DNA of 64,000 bases from Octopus bimaculoides (lineage: Eukaryota). Position 1 is the first letter of the stretch; each line of letters starts with the position of its first letter. A model generated the notes under the pieces. That model ran no database searches, was not told the origin of the DNA, and saw only the letters and a list, made by a program, of their open reading frames with translations. The position numbers and the translations under genes were made by a program. Shown one piece after another: positions 14,170 to 27,461 of this stretch. The DNA lies in NCBI RefSeq assembly GCF_001194135.2, contig NC_068993.1, positions 2,340,522 through 2,404,521 on the forward strand, given 5' to 3'.

Positions 14170-16303
14170 GTGTGTGAGTATGTATACATATGTATGCAGA
14201 GATACATATATATATTTGTATGTATGTATGTATGTATGTATGTATGTACATATCCAGATATAGGCATATATTATTAATATTTTTTTGTATTATAATGCCT
14301 TCTAAACTCTCAGCTGCCTCCCATTTATTATCTTTCATTGTCGCATGTTCTAAAATATATTGTTATCATATGCTTTTAACATATTACTACTGTTTTAATT
14401 CCATAGGTTTCCAAACCAGAATTTCGTAAATACGCTTCGTATGTATATATATTGAATTACGGTGAATAGGAAGTTTATACTGCTTGATTATAATATGCAA
14501 ATTATGTCCTTGAGTGTCAATTATAAGACTAAAGAAACTTGCTTATAAATCTACGGTAAACCCAGGGGTCAGGAATGACACAAACATTCAATTTTTGTAT
14601 CTGGAATTTGTATATTAGCTTCAGTTTTATGATTTGATAATGTGTGTAATGAGTATAGTTTAGCAAATGTTTCAAGCTGGTCGTGTTATGATCCTTTGGT
14701 GGTCCCTTAACTTTTAAAGATTGGTTAGATATAAATTTGGACTTGAACAGTTAAATATAGTGAGTTACTTCTCTTTCCTACACTTTTATATTTTGGTCAA
14801 TATTTTATTTATATATTTATACTGTTTTGTACATAATTATGTTTTCTTCTATCTTTTATTGATTAACGATTTGTAAACTATATTCTTTGAAACTTCAGTC
14901 AGTCGATCCATGATATGAAAACTAAGAAAATTTTCTAAAATCGGTCCAAGTCTACTAGAACCAAAGATTAGAAATTTTCACGTTGTTCCATGCTGAAACA
15001 AAAATTTTCTATACACCAAACATGACGATATATCAGTGCGTTCCATCAGCAGAGAATACAAAGATCAATAATTTTCAAATTAATTAGTAATGAACTGTGT
15101 TTATCACATTGATACAGATGTGAATTTCTTTGCGAAACACCCACTTCACATTACATACGTACGTTTTTGTAATCTACAGGTTCAGTTTTTTTTAAAGAAA
15201 CAACATATCCTAACTGTGATTTTCAAAGTACCAGAGTAAAATTATTCCTGGTAGATATTAATGGAAAGTCAATTTTATGTAAACTTCATATTTACCTTAA
15301 TTTTTTGTAATATCTGAAACATCTGAGATATATATATATATTTTTTAATCTTTAAAGGGAACCTTTACCAAATGAAAATAAAATCATCACTACTGAATTA
15401 TGCATTTGTGATGAAACATAGTCAGAAACTCTTTTCATTGTGAGTTTAGTTTTTATTGTGTCGTATATGAATATTTAAACGCCTGTTTGATATATTACTT
15501 TCGTTCATATAGCAAATATTCTACAGTATAAGTTCTCTGCGGGGGGGAAGAAAAATGTATTTTGGTGTCTCTTTCAGTTTCTCTCATTATATATAGATAT
15601 GTGTGTGCGTGTATGTGTGTGTATGCATATGTGCGTATGTGTGTGCATGTGTGTGTATGTATATATGCATTGAAAATAAACGAAAATGAAATGTCATTTT
15701 ATTAATTCTATATACATATATCTATAGGTGTATATACAGACACACATCCATACGCTGTGTTATTGCGAATTAAATACACCATTTAATATTTCCTCTGTCT
15801 AAAGAACACCAAGACATTTTCTATCTTATACAAGGATGCTCTCAGCTGTGGCTGCTTGAAAATAAGACGTTAATTCTCACTAAAATGTTATATTCTAATT
15901 CTCAAAATTACGTACGTCCTACAAATATATCAGTTAATATATTTGCATTGGTCTTGTAAGACAAGTAAAAAGTCGATTGTTTCTTCTTATTAAAAAATAG
16001 CATTTTTGCTGTAAGGAAATGGTGGTTGTCTCGTTGAATATTTATACGTTTAATAATATATATTCTTTGTCTGGAATGTTTCACTACGCAGAATATGTAC
16101 GGCGACCTTGGTAGCAAAGCTTGTATATTGGACCAATTTTGGAGAATCTGATATACCTTTTCATGAACGTTACTCTGAATCCGATAGCCATGATTACAAG
16201 AGGGAACGTCGAGCGTCTAAATAGAATATTCGTCCGAATTCAGACAATATCATGTAGTTTGCATATATTTTTGGATTATCGAAATGTATTAAGTGGTTTA
16301 CAA

Positions 16304-16370
16304 CAGTGCATCTCAAACTATCTGGTGTGGCGTACTGGCAGTTTGTTTTTCCAATGTGCCAGGGACCGGT
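16304..16370 (+). mobile_element. Possible hAT/Charlie-like terminus
   Basis: cagtgcatctcaaact resembles CAGTGGTTCTCAAAC-type TIRs; no partner TIR found. Confidence 0.2.
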
Positions 16371-18996
16371 AATATTTCTTGTGAGCAACACACACAGTAA
16401 AGACAAATATAATCTAGAGTATTTTGTCCGGAGTTTATATCACAATGTAAACAGATCAGCTCATGGATGTGTTATTGACTTACTTAAGGTCAACATACAA
16501 AATTAAGTCACAAACATACTATGACTGTGAAATTAAGGCGTTCGCCTTCTAATTACATGATTCGGAGTTTTATTTCCCTATACGTCAACTCACTATATAT
16601 TATCTACAACATTTTCGGGTGGAGCAAATTATGGCAGCCAGAAAGCGCTCATTGGAAGGACTTATTCATAAGTTGTGGAATTCAGTTATCGTCTGGTTTA
16701 GCTCCACCATCAAGTGACCTCTTAAGTGTGTTTATTTGCGTCTTCTTTATTGAAAGAAGACCCGGTTAAAATCTAGTCCGTGTATTACAACCTTCTCTCC
16801 TGTCAATAATCAAGATCTGACATATCACGTGAGATATGCGCCCGTCAATAATCCACCCATTAATGAAGAAAGAAAATCTTTTATACCACCAACTTTTTCA
16901 TTGTGCCATGTCTATAGTTAAGAACGTTGAGGAGGGGAATTGGAAATTTTGAAATGAAATTATTGTTTCAGTTCAAATGAAACACACACACAAACACACA
17001 CATACATGTATATATATGTGTGTATGTAAATATATATCAAGATAAAAATATCCAAAATCTAAATACTTATACGTTATCAGGAGCAAAAGTAACAAACGAA
17101 CACACAGGCCACTCATACACGAAATAATGTGGCACTGCAATAAAAACCGAGTCCGCTCATCCAGGCATTTATACGACACTTCAGAGCAGTTCTATAGCAA
17201 CATCCTTGAAATAGGGACAAGAACCGGAAGCAGATACGCAGAGAAATAGCTGTGCGATCAATATACTTCTTAAGCCATCCCGAACTGGGCTGTTCAGACT
17301 ATACATGTATATAAAGGTACGATAAAGTTTACACTCTGGGCCACACCACTAGAATCTACAGACGTGGAGGAATGCATTGGCAACGGAATAGGAGCAGTAG
17401 TTTCAGATTGTCGTATTGCACCATAAAAGATTCATCATTGCAGTTTAGAGTGCGCAGTATTGACCTTATCTCATCTAGGTGAAAAACGCTACGTAATTGG
17501 GAATATGAATCTGTGGGTCGTGTTACGGCGCTTGCCGCTTATTTACGTTCCATAGTGATGGTGATCACCCTTGGCATGTAACTACCAATCAATAGTTAAA
17601 TTACTATTCCAACAACAATCGACATTAAAGTTTCTACCCAGAAGAGCCTTTAGATCGCCACTCCAATACCAATACAAATGAAATATCATCAAAGAAACAT
17701 AATCAAATGAAACAAATGCTAACCAATTAAAGGATAAAGCAGTAATTTCACCAAAGAAAAACAGAGTAACAATCACAACAGTCCCTAGATAAGAGATACA
17801 TTATTAACTAAAATAATTCAAACGAAATGTATGAAGCGAATAAAAATACACTCTGGTTATTGAATACGGGAACATATTAGAATAGAACATGAAATAAAAA
17901 ATGTGTGTAACTGAACTTTAGCTTTTAAACAAGGTCTCAAATTTGTAGTGGATGAATGTAGTTGATTCAATTATAAACAGCACATTACTGGTACGTATTG
18001 TATTGATTAATGAATGGTAGGATTGCGAATCAGAATATAGAGAGATGTAATTAAACAGCAGAGTATAAAATAAAATATATTAAAGAGAGGGATCCTCTCT
18101 GATCATAGACAATGCGCTCTCCTAAATGTTCAATATTTGCATTTTCAAAGACAAACTTTTAAGTCAATGTTACATTCACAATCGGATATTGGTGCATTGT
18201 TATTAAATCACATTAATTTAATCCAACACGATTTAACAGCAGTTTTATTACTTCTTTTCATAATATTTTCTCAGTAAAGATAAATTTTACTGTAACTCTT
18301 TAAAAATAACACGTTCAGAAATATCATTAAAATCGCTTTTTTAAAAAATCGAGGATGAAATAAATTCCGCTTTCAGAATGCTGTGTAATGCCCATGCGCA
18401 AACTCGCATACGCTCGTACAGAGGCGTATATAGTCATACAAATACACACACACGCGCACGCACACACATACACACAAGCACACACATACACACATATAAA
18501 TATGCATACGTATATGTATGTATATATATGCACATACATGCACATACATACGCACAAACACACATACACACAAAGTTAAGCAAATATCCGAATGCAGGTT
18601 GGTTATAAGTAAATGTGTAATGCAAATCAAATGCATTAGATTTAGTTACCAGATATATAGTGTCAAGTTTTATGTCGAGTATAAACGAAATGAGCGCCGG
18701 AAATAAACAGCGAGGTGGCACCTCCACTAATTTCGCTCTCTATTATATGTTCTTCAAGAATATCTTAGATTGCTTTTTAGTTGTTGCACGTGAAACAAAC
18801 TTCTTTTACGATTGGTGTAAAGAAATTAGTGACAGCACCAGAAACAATTTTCAAAAATGGTACCATGTTGATGTTGTGTTGTACAGATATCTGTTTATGG
18901 AACATTGTGTTGATTCTTGATGTGAAAATAAACCAAGTGGTTGCATTGCTTGGCTGATGAAGTTAAGAAGAATGGATATTCTTAGAAATAATCCTT

Positions 18997-19151
18997 TCAT
19001 CGACCCCAGTGTTTTACTGATATTAATTTATCGACCCTGAAAGGATGAAAAGTAGAGTCGACCTCGGCAAAATTTGAACTCAGAACGTAAAGACGGACGA
19101 AATGCCGCTATACATTTCGTCCGGTGTTCTAACGAATCTGCCAGCTCGCCG
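18997..19151 (-). mobile_element. SINE family A, head plus central module, tail missing
   Basis: Reverse complement: ggcgagctggcagattcgttag...gagttcaaattttgccgaggtcgactctacttttcatcctttcagggtcgataaatt...ctggggtcgat. Confidence 0.9.
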
Positions 19152-19726
19152 ACTTATTCTTATGAATAATGAAAAACGAAATGTTGGCAGAGAAAATAAG
19201 TTTACGGTAGAGGACGATGAGTAAAAAAAACTATATATATACAGTTTTTGTGACCCCTCACATGTATGGCCCACGCTACTAAACGTTTCACGCACATGGA
19301 ACCCATGTACATTCCTTCTTCCGATGGTCGTTCTTTGCCGTGATGGAAGAGCTTGTGTGCCCCTATGATACCGAGAGGTATACCTCCCCCTGCTTCTCCT
19401 CCACTTCATCTTCATCACCGTCATGACCACCGTCATCCTCCCCATCATCGTACTATTTCCTCTTAATTTCTGTCGATTTTCTAATTATATTAAGTTCACT
19501 TTTCCCTTATTCATTGCTTATATATTTTGCTATCCTTCTTTCTTTCCAAATTGTTTCATCCTCTTATCTAGTCATATTTACTTTACTTCTGCTTTCCATT
19601 TCGCCATCACTATTATTAAAACCAACACAGTTTACTCTCCTAAAAGGTGTACAAGGAGTAGTTATTCCTGATGTGTTTTGCAACGAAACATAACGCCTTA
19701 TGTTGGACTTAATCTTTAAAGCAAGA

Positions 19727-19727
<1 letters not shown>

Positions 19728-19791
<64 letters not shown>
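19728..19791. repeat. (TG)n microsatellite
   Basis: Read directly. Confidence 0.97.
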
Positions 19792-19799
<8 letters not shown>

Positions 19800-20169
19800 T
19801 ACATACATGAATAGGTACCTAAATATGTTAGTGCGTGCTTGTTCCTTCCAATGTGAATGTAAGTATGGTACCACATTGATCAGTAAAATCTTTTATAGTG
19901 GAATCAATCCAGGAACTACAAAACGAATTTGACGTATGGAAAGGTGATGGAATAAGAAAAAAGTCTGTAAACGGATTCAGGCATGAGAATGGAACTGCTT
20001 TGGTTTAGCCACAAATGTTCAACAACATTGGTGAAATCAATACTTTTCGCTTAGTATGCACGAATGCAATGGATAGAAAGAAACTTAGATATTCAAATAT
20101 TGGGTATTCTAGGGAAGTCACTATTTATACTTGGGGTGTATAACAGCTACCACCTGTTGACATACATAA

Positions 20170-20388
20170 ATACACACACACACACACACACANNNNNNNN
20201 NNATATATATATATATATATATATATATGTGTATATCTACATATATATATATAAACAAATCGAGGCGTATATCTATACATCTATATACATATACATACAC
20301 ATACACATACACACACATACACAAATACACCCACCCACACATATATAGTGAGATATATAGTGGATACATATATTTGTAGATATAAATA

Positions 20389-20471
<83 letters not shown>

Positions 20472-20657
20472 GTATATGTGTGTGTGTGTATACATATGTG
20501 TATATATATATATATGTATGCATACATATTTACCTTCAGATATATGTACACACACACACACACACACGTACATACACACACACACGTACATACACACACA
20601 CACATATATGGATATATGTATGTGTATACGTATATGAATGCACACCTAGGAACTCGC

Positions 20658-20697
<40 letters not shown>
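20170..20697. repeat. Compound (CA)/(TA)/(TG)/(CT) microsatellite field
   Basis: Read directly; source of the many IYIY/CVCV ORFs. Confidence 0.95.
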
Positions 20698-20700
<3 letters not shown>

Positions 20701-21269
20701 GAATTTAGAGTTTCAAATAAAATAGCTGAAGTATTATTGTTGTATTGCACAGGAAGGAAAAAATATGAAATGCATGAAAAGAAGAAACAACGGATCAATT
20801 ATATTTTCATAGTAAAATAAGAGATAGAAAGAGATGGGGGCGGATTAGTGTAGTCTGACTGATGTAACGATAACAAGAAAAGAAATACAAATTTCAGCCA
20901 GAGGCAGAATCTGTCATAATAAAATGGCAGAGAGAAATTGATGGATGAAACCTCCACAGTTCTCTTTCTTTCCCTACAACGTCATTTTTTTTCTTCCTTA
21001 GTGAAGCATGAAGCACATATTAATGTGTTTTAAGGTGAATTTACTGTTAACCTAGAACTTGCCATTTCTGCCTGAATAGTTTGATTGTTTGGAGCAAGGA
21101 AAACAACCTTATATTCCTTAAACTACGTCCCACCCTTCTCCAACAACACGTAAAACAACATGAACAATATTAATACAGAACGCATACAAATATAAATATG
21201 CATCTACCTGTGCGTACACACGTACATATGCACTTATACATAGAATGTAGAACGCCTATTAAAGGAAGT

Positions 21270-21352
21270 GTATTTTAATTTACTGACGAATAAACCAAAT
21301 GTATTTTAATCTGCTGAGGAATAAACCAATGGGAAATGTTTTAATTTGCAGC
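21270..21352 (+). repeat. Short tandem duplication, about 31-bp unit x2 plus a partial third
   Basis: gtattttaatttactgacgaataaaccaaat / gtattttaatctgctgaggaataaaccaat / gttttaatttgcagc. Confidence 0.8.
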
Positions 21353-21857
21353 AACTATTTCGATTTACCTCATTTTGAAAAAAAAAAACTTTATGAGTTG
21401 TCTATCGCTTTGCTTTTGTATTAATTCGTCACTGTTTTCTCTCCTCATGATTTTCCGAAGAAGCTTCTATTTTGAGTGAAGTGTACTTTGGATCTTGCGA
21501 CAAATATGCTTACGTCCATAAGTAAACTATTGAAGAGAAATATCCTGGTTTTGCATGGAAAGGGCGTATGTAAATGTTTCGCGATAATATAAAAGAAATT
21601 TTCAAATGTGATGATTATGAGAAGAATTTTGTTAGAATATAATCTTGTTCATGTCTACAAAAATTCTAATGCTGCTGATTGCTCCTGGGTATTTTTACCA
21701 ATGTAATTAGATTTTAGTGAAACAATGGAATACTATAGGTGGAAAAGAATGAACATATACTTATATACATACTTAGAAAACATATTTAAAGCTATGCGAT
21801 TATGAAACTGTAACGTAAGCAGTCAGATCTTATAGGGTTTAAAATTTGCCTGAAGAA

Positions 21858-21889
<32 letters not shown>

Positions 21890-22264
21890 ATTTAGACTGA
21901 CAATGCATCAACGTAGGTAAGCATATTTATGAATGAGTGTGTATACATACATACATACACACACACACATATATGTATGCACCTATCTATATGCATGTAT
22001 ATCTATATGCATACCAATGTGTATATAGAGGCACATGTTTTATAAATGCTATATCCGTATGTTTGATCACACACACACACACATATATATATAGGCGTGT
22101 GTGTGTATGTCTCCGTGTGTATATCTGATGAGTGTATATATATGAAGTCGATATATAAACATACAACGAAATCCACAGACTCTGAAATACTAATACAAAG
22201 GCGATAAAAATAATGTGTGTGTGCGCGCGTGTTCGCTTGTGTGTGTGTGCGCGCGCACACACAG

Positions 22265-22567
22265 AGTTGAGACGAGGTCCGTTCTTTCTCAGCTCATATT
22301 GTGCGTTGACTTCGCGTAGGACTACAGAAAGTAGTATCAAGGCTATAACAAAAAGCAGAGGTGAACAAGAGTCTCCTTGCAGGATACCTCCTTTGATTGT
22401 TACCTCAGCTAAGTGCTGGCTGTTGCAGGAAAGACGTGTTTTCCAACGAGGCAAGCTGTTCTTACTCAGCGCACACATGCTCTCAGCTATTCCACATCTA
22501 TCGAGCGTTTCCAGAATCCACAAATGCAGCACCACGTTGTACGCCCTTTTAATGTCGACCCAGATCA
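22265..22567 (-). mobile_element. Internal RT fragment of an RLE-type (R4/Dong-like) LINE
   Basis: Uninterrupted frame IWVDIKRAYNVVLHLWIL...IKGGILQGDSCSPLLFVIALILLSVVLR...PRLN matching WxDxKKAYDxVxHxWI and RGIFQGDSLSPLLF; stops just before the expected HLxFMDD motif. Confidence 0.85.
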
Positions 22568-22686
22568 TCATTATTATTACTGTTATGATTATTATTATTA
22601 TTATTAGTTGTTGTAGTACTAGTAATATTACTAGAAATAGCATTGCTGCTGCTGCTGCTGCTACCACCACCAGCACCACCAGCACC

Positions 22687-22717
<31 letters not shown>

Positions 22718-22735
22718 CCACTACTACTACTACTG
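22568..22735. repeat. Compound triplet tract (ATT)-(GCT)-(ACC)-(ACT)
   Basis: Read directly; abuts the RT fragment. Confidence 0.92.
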
Positions 22736-23295
22736 ACGTTAATGTTTACTACAACATAAGGCAAGATATATATATTTCCAATTTTTTTCAAAATGTTGAT
22801 CGAAAACCCTGTAAAGAATGGAACAATAGAAATCTGCAGTGCATTTTCCTCTTATATAATCATTTCTTTAGCAGAAGACTAATTGAAAACTTTGTCTTGT
22901 CATGCTGAAAGGAAACATGCTATAAATATCTTCCATGAATAAAGAACAAAGCTATCTACCATCTTGCGTAAAACACAAAGCAAAAAAAAAATTAAAAACG
23001 TGTATTCGTTTCTATTGGAAACAGAAACAAGCTCCCTGTGGTTTGTTAAACACAGGTTCAAAACGCTGGTATTGTGCTATGCATAGTCTTTTAAATATCT
23101 GCAAATATGTTTGCACATGTTTAAGTTCGCTTCATGCATAAAAGACAGTAAAACACCCACTTAATATATTGGATGTGAAAGCATAAAAGTTTTCAGAGCT
23201 ACAACTGTCAGTGCATATATAAATATATGTGTGTGCGTGTGTGTGCGTCTGTGTGGGTGTACACACGCACACACATACACATATATACATACACA

Positions 23296-23334
<39 letters not shown>

Positions 23335-23619
23335 ATATATATATAATACACACGCATGTGTGTGTTTGTATGCGTGTAGGAGAGCGTGCGTACGCGTGAC
23401 TATATCCATGAACTGTATGTAAAGACAAATTTGAAAATTGGCTCGGAATAAGGAATAGAACCATTGGTTGTGAATACTAAGATTGACCTTATCTATATTA
23501 ATAATTAAATACCATGTATAAAATTGTGTGGTGAATGTTTTCTTGGTCAATCACTGCTAATTCTATTAGTTTTTCTTTGGTGGCTATGCAGCCTACGCTT
23601 CGGTGCGTGGTGATTTTCT

Positions 23620-23857
23620 GTTGGCTGTTTGAATGATCGTAGGTCAGCTGGACATTAAAAAGCACAGTTTTTTTATTAGATTATCAGTGACAATTTAGGC
23701 ATGAGGAAAGTCTGCGCAAAAATGGTGCGAAGACTGCTGAATGATGATCAGAAAGAGTACCGTATGTAGTTTGTCAGGACATCACCGAACGTCTTCAAAT
23801 TGAACCAGACTCGCTTCGTAACTTCATCACTGATGATGAGACATGGAATTTTGAGCA
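23620..23857 (+). mobile_element. Decayed mariner (Tc1/mariner) transposase fragment
   Basis: With frameshifts and one stop: MIVGQLDIKKHS..IISDNLGMRKVCAKMVRRLLNDDQKEYRM*..CQDITERLQIEPDSLRNFITDDETWNFE; resembles mariner LGMRKVCAKMVPRLL and ITGDETW (first catalytic Asp); no TIRs seen. Confidence 0.85.
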
Positions 23858-24811
23858 TTTTTCTCCGGGATTAATCTTCTCGATATCTATTATAATGATA
23901 CTGCTAAATGATGAAACTAATATTCAGCGAATGCTATTTTGAAGTGTGATGTATGTTCACTTTATGAAGGATTTTGTTAGAGTGGATCCTGACTAACACG
24001 ATTACTGTGGATTCGGAATAGTTCAGACAACTAGAAGAGTGCTTGCATGTCATTTCTAAGCACAAAAATTGTTGCAGGCAATATTACACTTAATTTTCAA
24101 CAACATTTATTAGTAGTAGCTTTAAATTTATCTCTGTGAAATATTTGTCGTGTATTAGCAATGTTGTGAATTGTATAATGTCACTGTGGAATATTGACCA
24201 TATTTTAGTTATGCTCTGTTGGTCAGAGTACACAGAATCGCCAGAGAATATTCAGTAATTCATATTATCTTTATAGGATGCTGTCTACATGATTAAGAAT
24301 CTCTTTGCTGTTGTTTAGTATTACTGTAATGTATTAATCATGTATTAATAATGATCTCTTTCAAGTAGGCCCAATGTGTCAGATTTATTGAGACGGCGAA
24401 CTGAAACTTTGGATAATTTATGCATTTCATAAGTTGAAAAAGAAAAGTAAAATGGCTACAATTGAGCTACGAAGCGAAGATGTCGGACGAAGTATATCAG
24501 GAGCACATGTCCTTATTCTGCAAAGCACGCCAAATCATACATTATTAGTAATTTATGGAGAAGTGTACGTTGCTGACAACTTTCATTTAGCAGTTAAATC
24601 TTTTTTCACAACATCTTATGTCTCTATTAACTGAAATTGGTTTGATAAATTGCTCTATTTGGGAATTGAAACTCAGTCTTTTAAACATTATGCAAGATTG
24701 ATGCTAATGTTATTTCGTTGAAGAAATGAAGTATGTTTAAGTAGTCGATTAAAACGTTTGTAAATAATATTTTCTTGCATAGACACAGAAGCATAAGATT
24801 AAATAGAGATT

Positions 24812-24864
24812 AAAGTCGATTATTTTCACACCAGTATTTGATGGTATATATTTATTTATCGACC
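24812..24864 (-). mobile_element. SINE family A central-module fragment
   Basis: agtcgattattttcacaccag...tatttatcgacc, adjacent to the full copy. Confidence 0.5.
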
Positions 24865-24874
24865 TGCAAATGTA

Positions 24875-25082
24875 GGTTTGAAATTTTGGCACAAGGCCAG
24901 CAATTTAGGGGAGGAGAGTAACTCGATTATATTGACTGACTCCAGTGACCAGCTGGCACTTATTTTATCGAAAGGATGAAAGGCAAAGTCAATCTCGGCG
25001 GCATTTGAACCTAGAACGTAAAGACGGAGGAAATGCCGTAAATCATTTTGTCCGGCGCGCTAACGAAACCGCCAGAACGCTA
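24875..25082 (-). mobile_element. SINE family A, full length, tail type 1a
   Basis: Reverse complement has head, B box, module and tail aaattgctggccttgtgccaaaatttcaaacc. Confidence 0.9.
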
Positions 25083-26524
25083 CCTTCTCGTCCTCCAAAT
25101 ACTGGAATATAAATCTGAACTCGGTTTCATTGAAAATTTCAGGGCAGTAACTAAAGAACATATCAACATTTTCCAGTGATTCCCTCTCACAAACTAACGA
25201 TTCTAACAACCAGTATGGCATTAAACAATCACAGATACGTCAAAGGAATCAATGCTGAAGTGTAAAGGTGTAACACCATAAAGGTTCACACCTTGATGGG
25301 GGACTTTATTATTTCCGCATCTTGCAAGGTACTTATTTGGAAAATCTCTGTTGCTCTATGAATATTTAACCTCTCTGCATGATACATTTTCTTTTCTAAG
25401 TCTGATGCGTCATCAAATTATCTCACTTTAATTATATGAAAACAAGCTCTATTACATAACCGTGTGTAGGATGTATAGAACTGCTTTCACCACTCAAGTT
25501 GAAACGAAATTTGCTATTTATGAAAGGTTAAGAAGAAAACATTCTATGAAAATTCTTATCCTACGAATGTTAACAATCAGTTCAATAAAATATCTACAAA
25601 TATATTTTCAAGCTACGTCACCATTTTGTCTCTGTTGGAACTTAAATTTTCTCTCTCACATGTGTCAGTCTAAGCATATTTCCTAATGTGGCTACATGTT
25701 ATCAAAAGCTTTCTATCATAGTCTTCTTAGCTGTAATGTCGTCAGTATTAATTAGTTTAATTGGTTATAGGATTATTATTGGAATTTCAGTGGACAGCAT
25801 TAATATTATAATTAATGATGGTAGCTGCCTTCCTACGCACATCACACCGAACGTTCGAAATGAATGTCATAATTAATGACGTTGTTCATGCTGGTTCTTT
25901 CTTTGTGCAGAAAATGTGCAGAAAAAATATTATTCATCAGAAGTCTGTCACTTTAGAAACGGAAGACATATTTTGGATATGATTTGATTACTGTTTCTAG
26001 CAGTAATTAAGGACCAACAGTCCTGCTGCATAATAAATCTGTGTGTAACTACAATATTATTTCCACACGAAAGTTAGCCATGGTTAAAATAAATGATGTA
26101 AATGCATTGCTATATTTCAAAATCCTACTTTTGTTGATGCATATAAACCATTCTTTTGGCTTGGAGGTTGATCATCTGCTACCATAACCGAAGTAAACAT
26201 ATGCACAATGATATGACGATGATGGTGTAACTTCAGTTATTTTATTTACAGCTGATACAATACTGTCTTATTTATTACCTAAAACAAGGATTTCCATTTT
26301 AAATATGTGTAGATATTTGTTTCGTTGCAGATAATTTGAATTATCAAGTTGAGACTGCTGATTGTCTCTTTCACTCTATTTCGCCCCCTCTCTCATTCTC
26401 TTTCCTACTGTTAAAGATGATACAGTGACCGATATCTCGACTCACTGCAGTAATTATAAACCAAAGCATGTGTAGTTAAGAGAGATAATTCTAGAACTGA
26501 GGTTTTAGACAGCAACTGTTGTAT

Positions 26525-26630
26525 TATTCATATCAATCAAGGAATCACACAGGACTTAGGACCACTCCTTGGTTTGAACATATTCAGTTAAAGAATATAA
26601 TTGAGAGCGACTTAAGCCAGTTAAGCCATC
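26525..26630 (-). mobile_element. Possible highly decayed RT remnant
   Basis: Minus strand WLNWLKSLS...NQGVVLSPV*FL then (frameshift) IDMNN, resembling QGSVLSPLLFLIYIND. Confidence 0.25.
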
Positions 26631-26811
26631 GTCGAATCATTGAAGTAGGTCTTGGTTTTATATAGTTCCTAGAGAATTAAGATCTTCCTCGAGTGTGTGG
26701 GTTTCAGTGAACTGGTAATCGGGTGTTAGAGTAGATTGTCATGGAGAGGTGTTTTAGAGAAAATTTTATTGATGAAATCTAGGGTTATGTTATTGCTTAG
26801 AATTTATTCAT

Positions 26812-27461
26812 GTATGGGAAAAATCCAATAACTTGGGACTTTAAAAATGGCAATATTAGATTCCATTTCAGCGGAAGAATATCGGGTAGAAGTACCTTGC
26901 AATGTTAAGGTCAGATCAGACTTTGGGGGACTTTGAGACATACGACGTAGATGTTCTGTTGTACTAAAGTTTCCGACGCGACATATTTGAGCGGTAGTTA
27001 CACCATGCTTATTCTTTCATCACAAACATATCATAGTTTGAAATTGAGGCAGTATTTATTTTAATAGTCTAAAACACAGAGTTTATTTCCTCCACAAGTA
27101 ATTTATGTAATAAAATAGGTGATACATGTATGATGTTCGTGTGTGTTTAATCACCAGAATGAGGTGAATTAAAAGAGACTCTTGTAACATTGACAGAAAA
27201 GTATAAACGTCCATACAGAGATTCAAAATTGAGATCTGTAATAGGTGAGTTTTTCTCTGTCTTTTTCTCATTACAGTAAAAATACGTCAATGTTTTGTCT
27301 GAAGTACAAAATATTAAACACAATGGTGCTATTTACATGCAAAAATGTGATTCATATGCATATAAAACATGACTAATAGAAAAATACTGTTACATCATTT
27401 TCAACAAAAGGTTTGTGAAAAATACTATAACTTGAGACTTTAAAAATGGCAATGTTAGATT
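26812..27461 (+). repeat. Pair of 51-bp direct repeats (26812-26862 and 27411-27461)
   Basis: 45/51 identical by manual alignment; core ataacttgRgactttaaaaatggcaatRttagatt. Confidence 0.8.

Noticed and set aside
16100-16225. FGESDIPFHERYSE resembling a Penelope GIY-YIG segment
   Set aside because: No in-frame YIG and no other Penelope motifs nearby.
21270-21352. Short repeats considered as a CRISPR-like array
   Set aside because: Units are contiguous with no spacers; a simple tandem duplication.
21987-22908. Long overlapping ORFs of 244 and 231 aa
   Set aside because: Only 22265-22567 on the minus strand is meaningful (LINE RT); the rest is microsatellite read-through and its antisense shadow.
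24434-24634. 66-aa non-repetitive ORF
   Set aside because: No homology recognised and only moderate splice signals; expected by chance.
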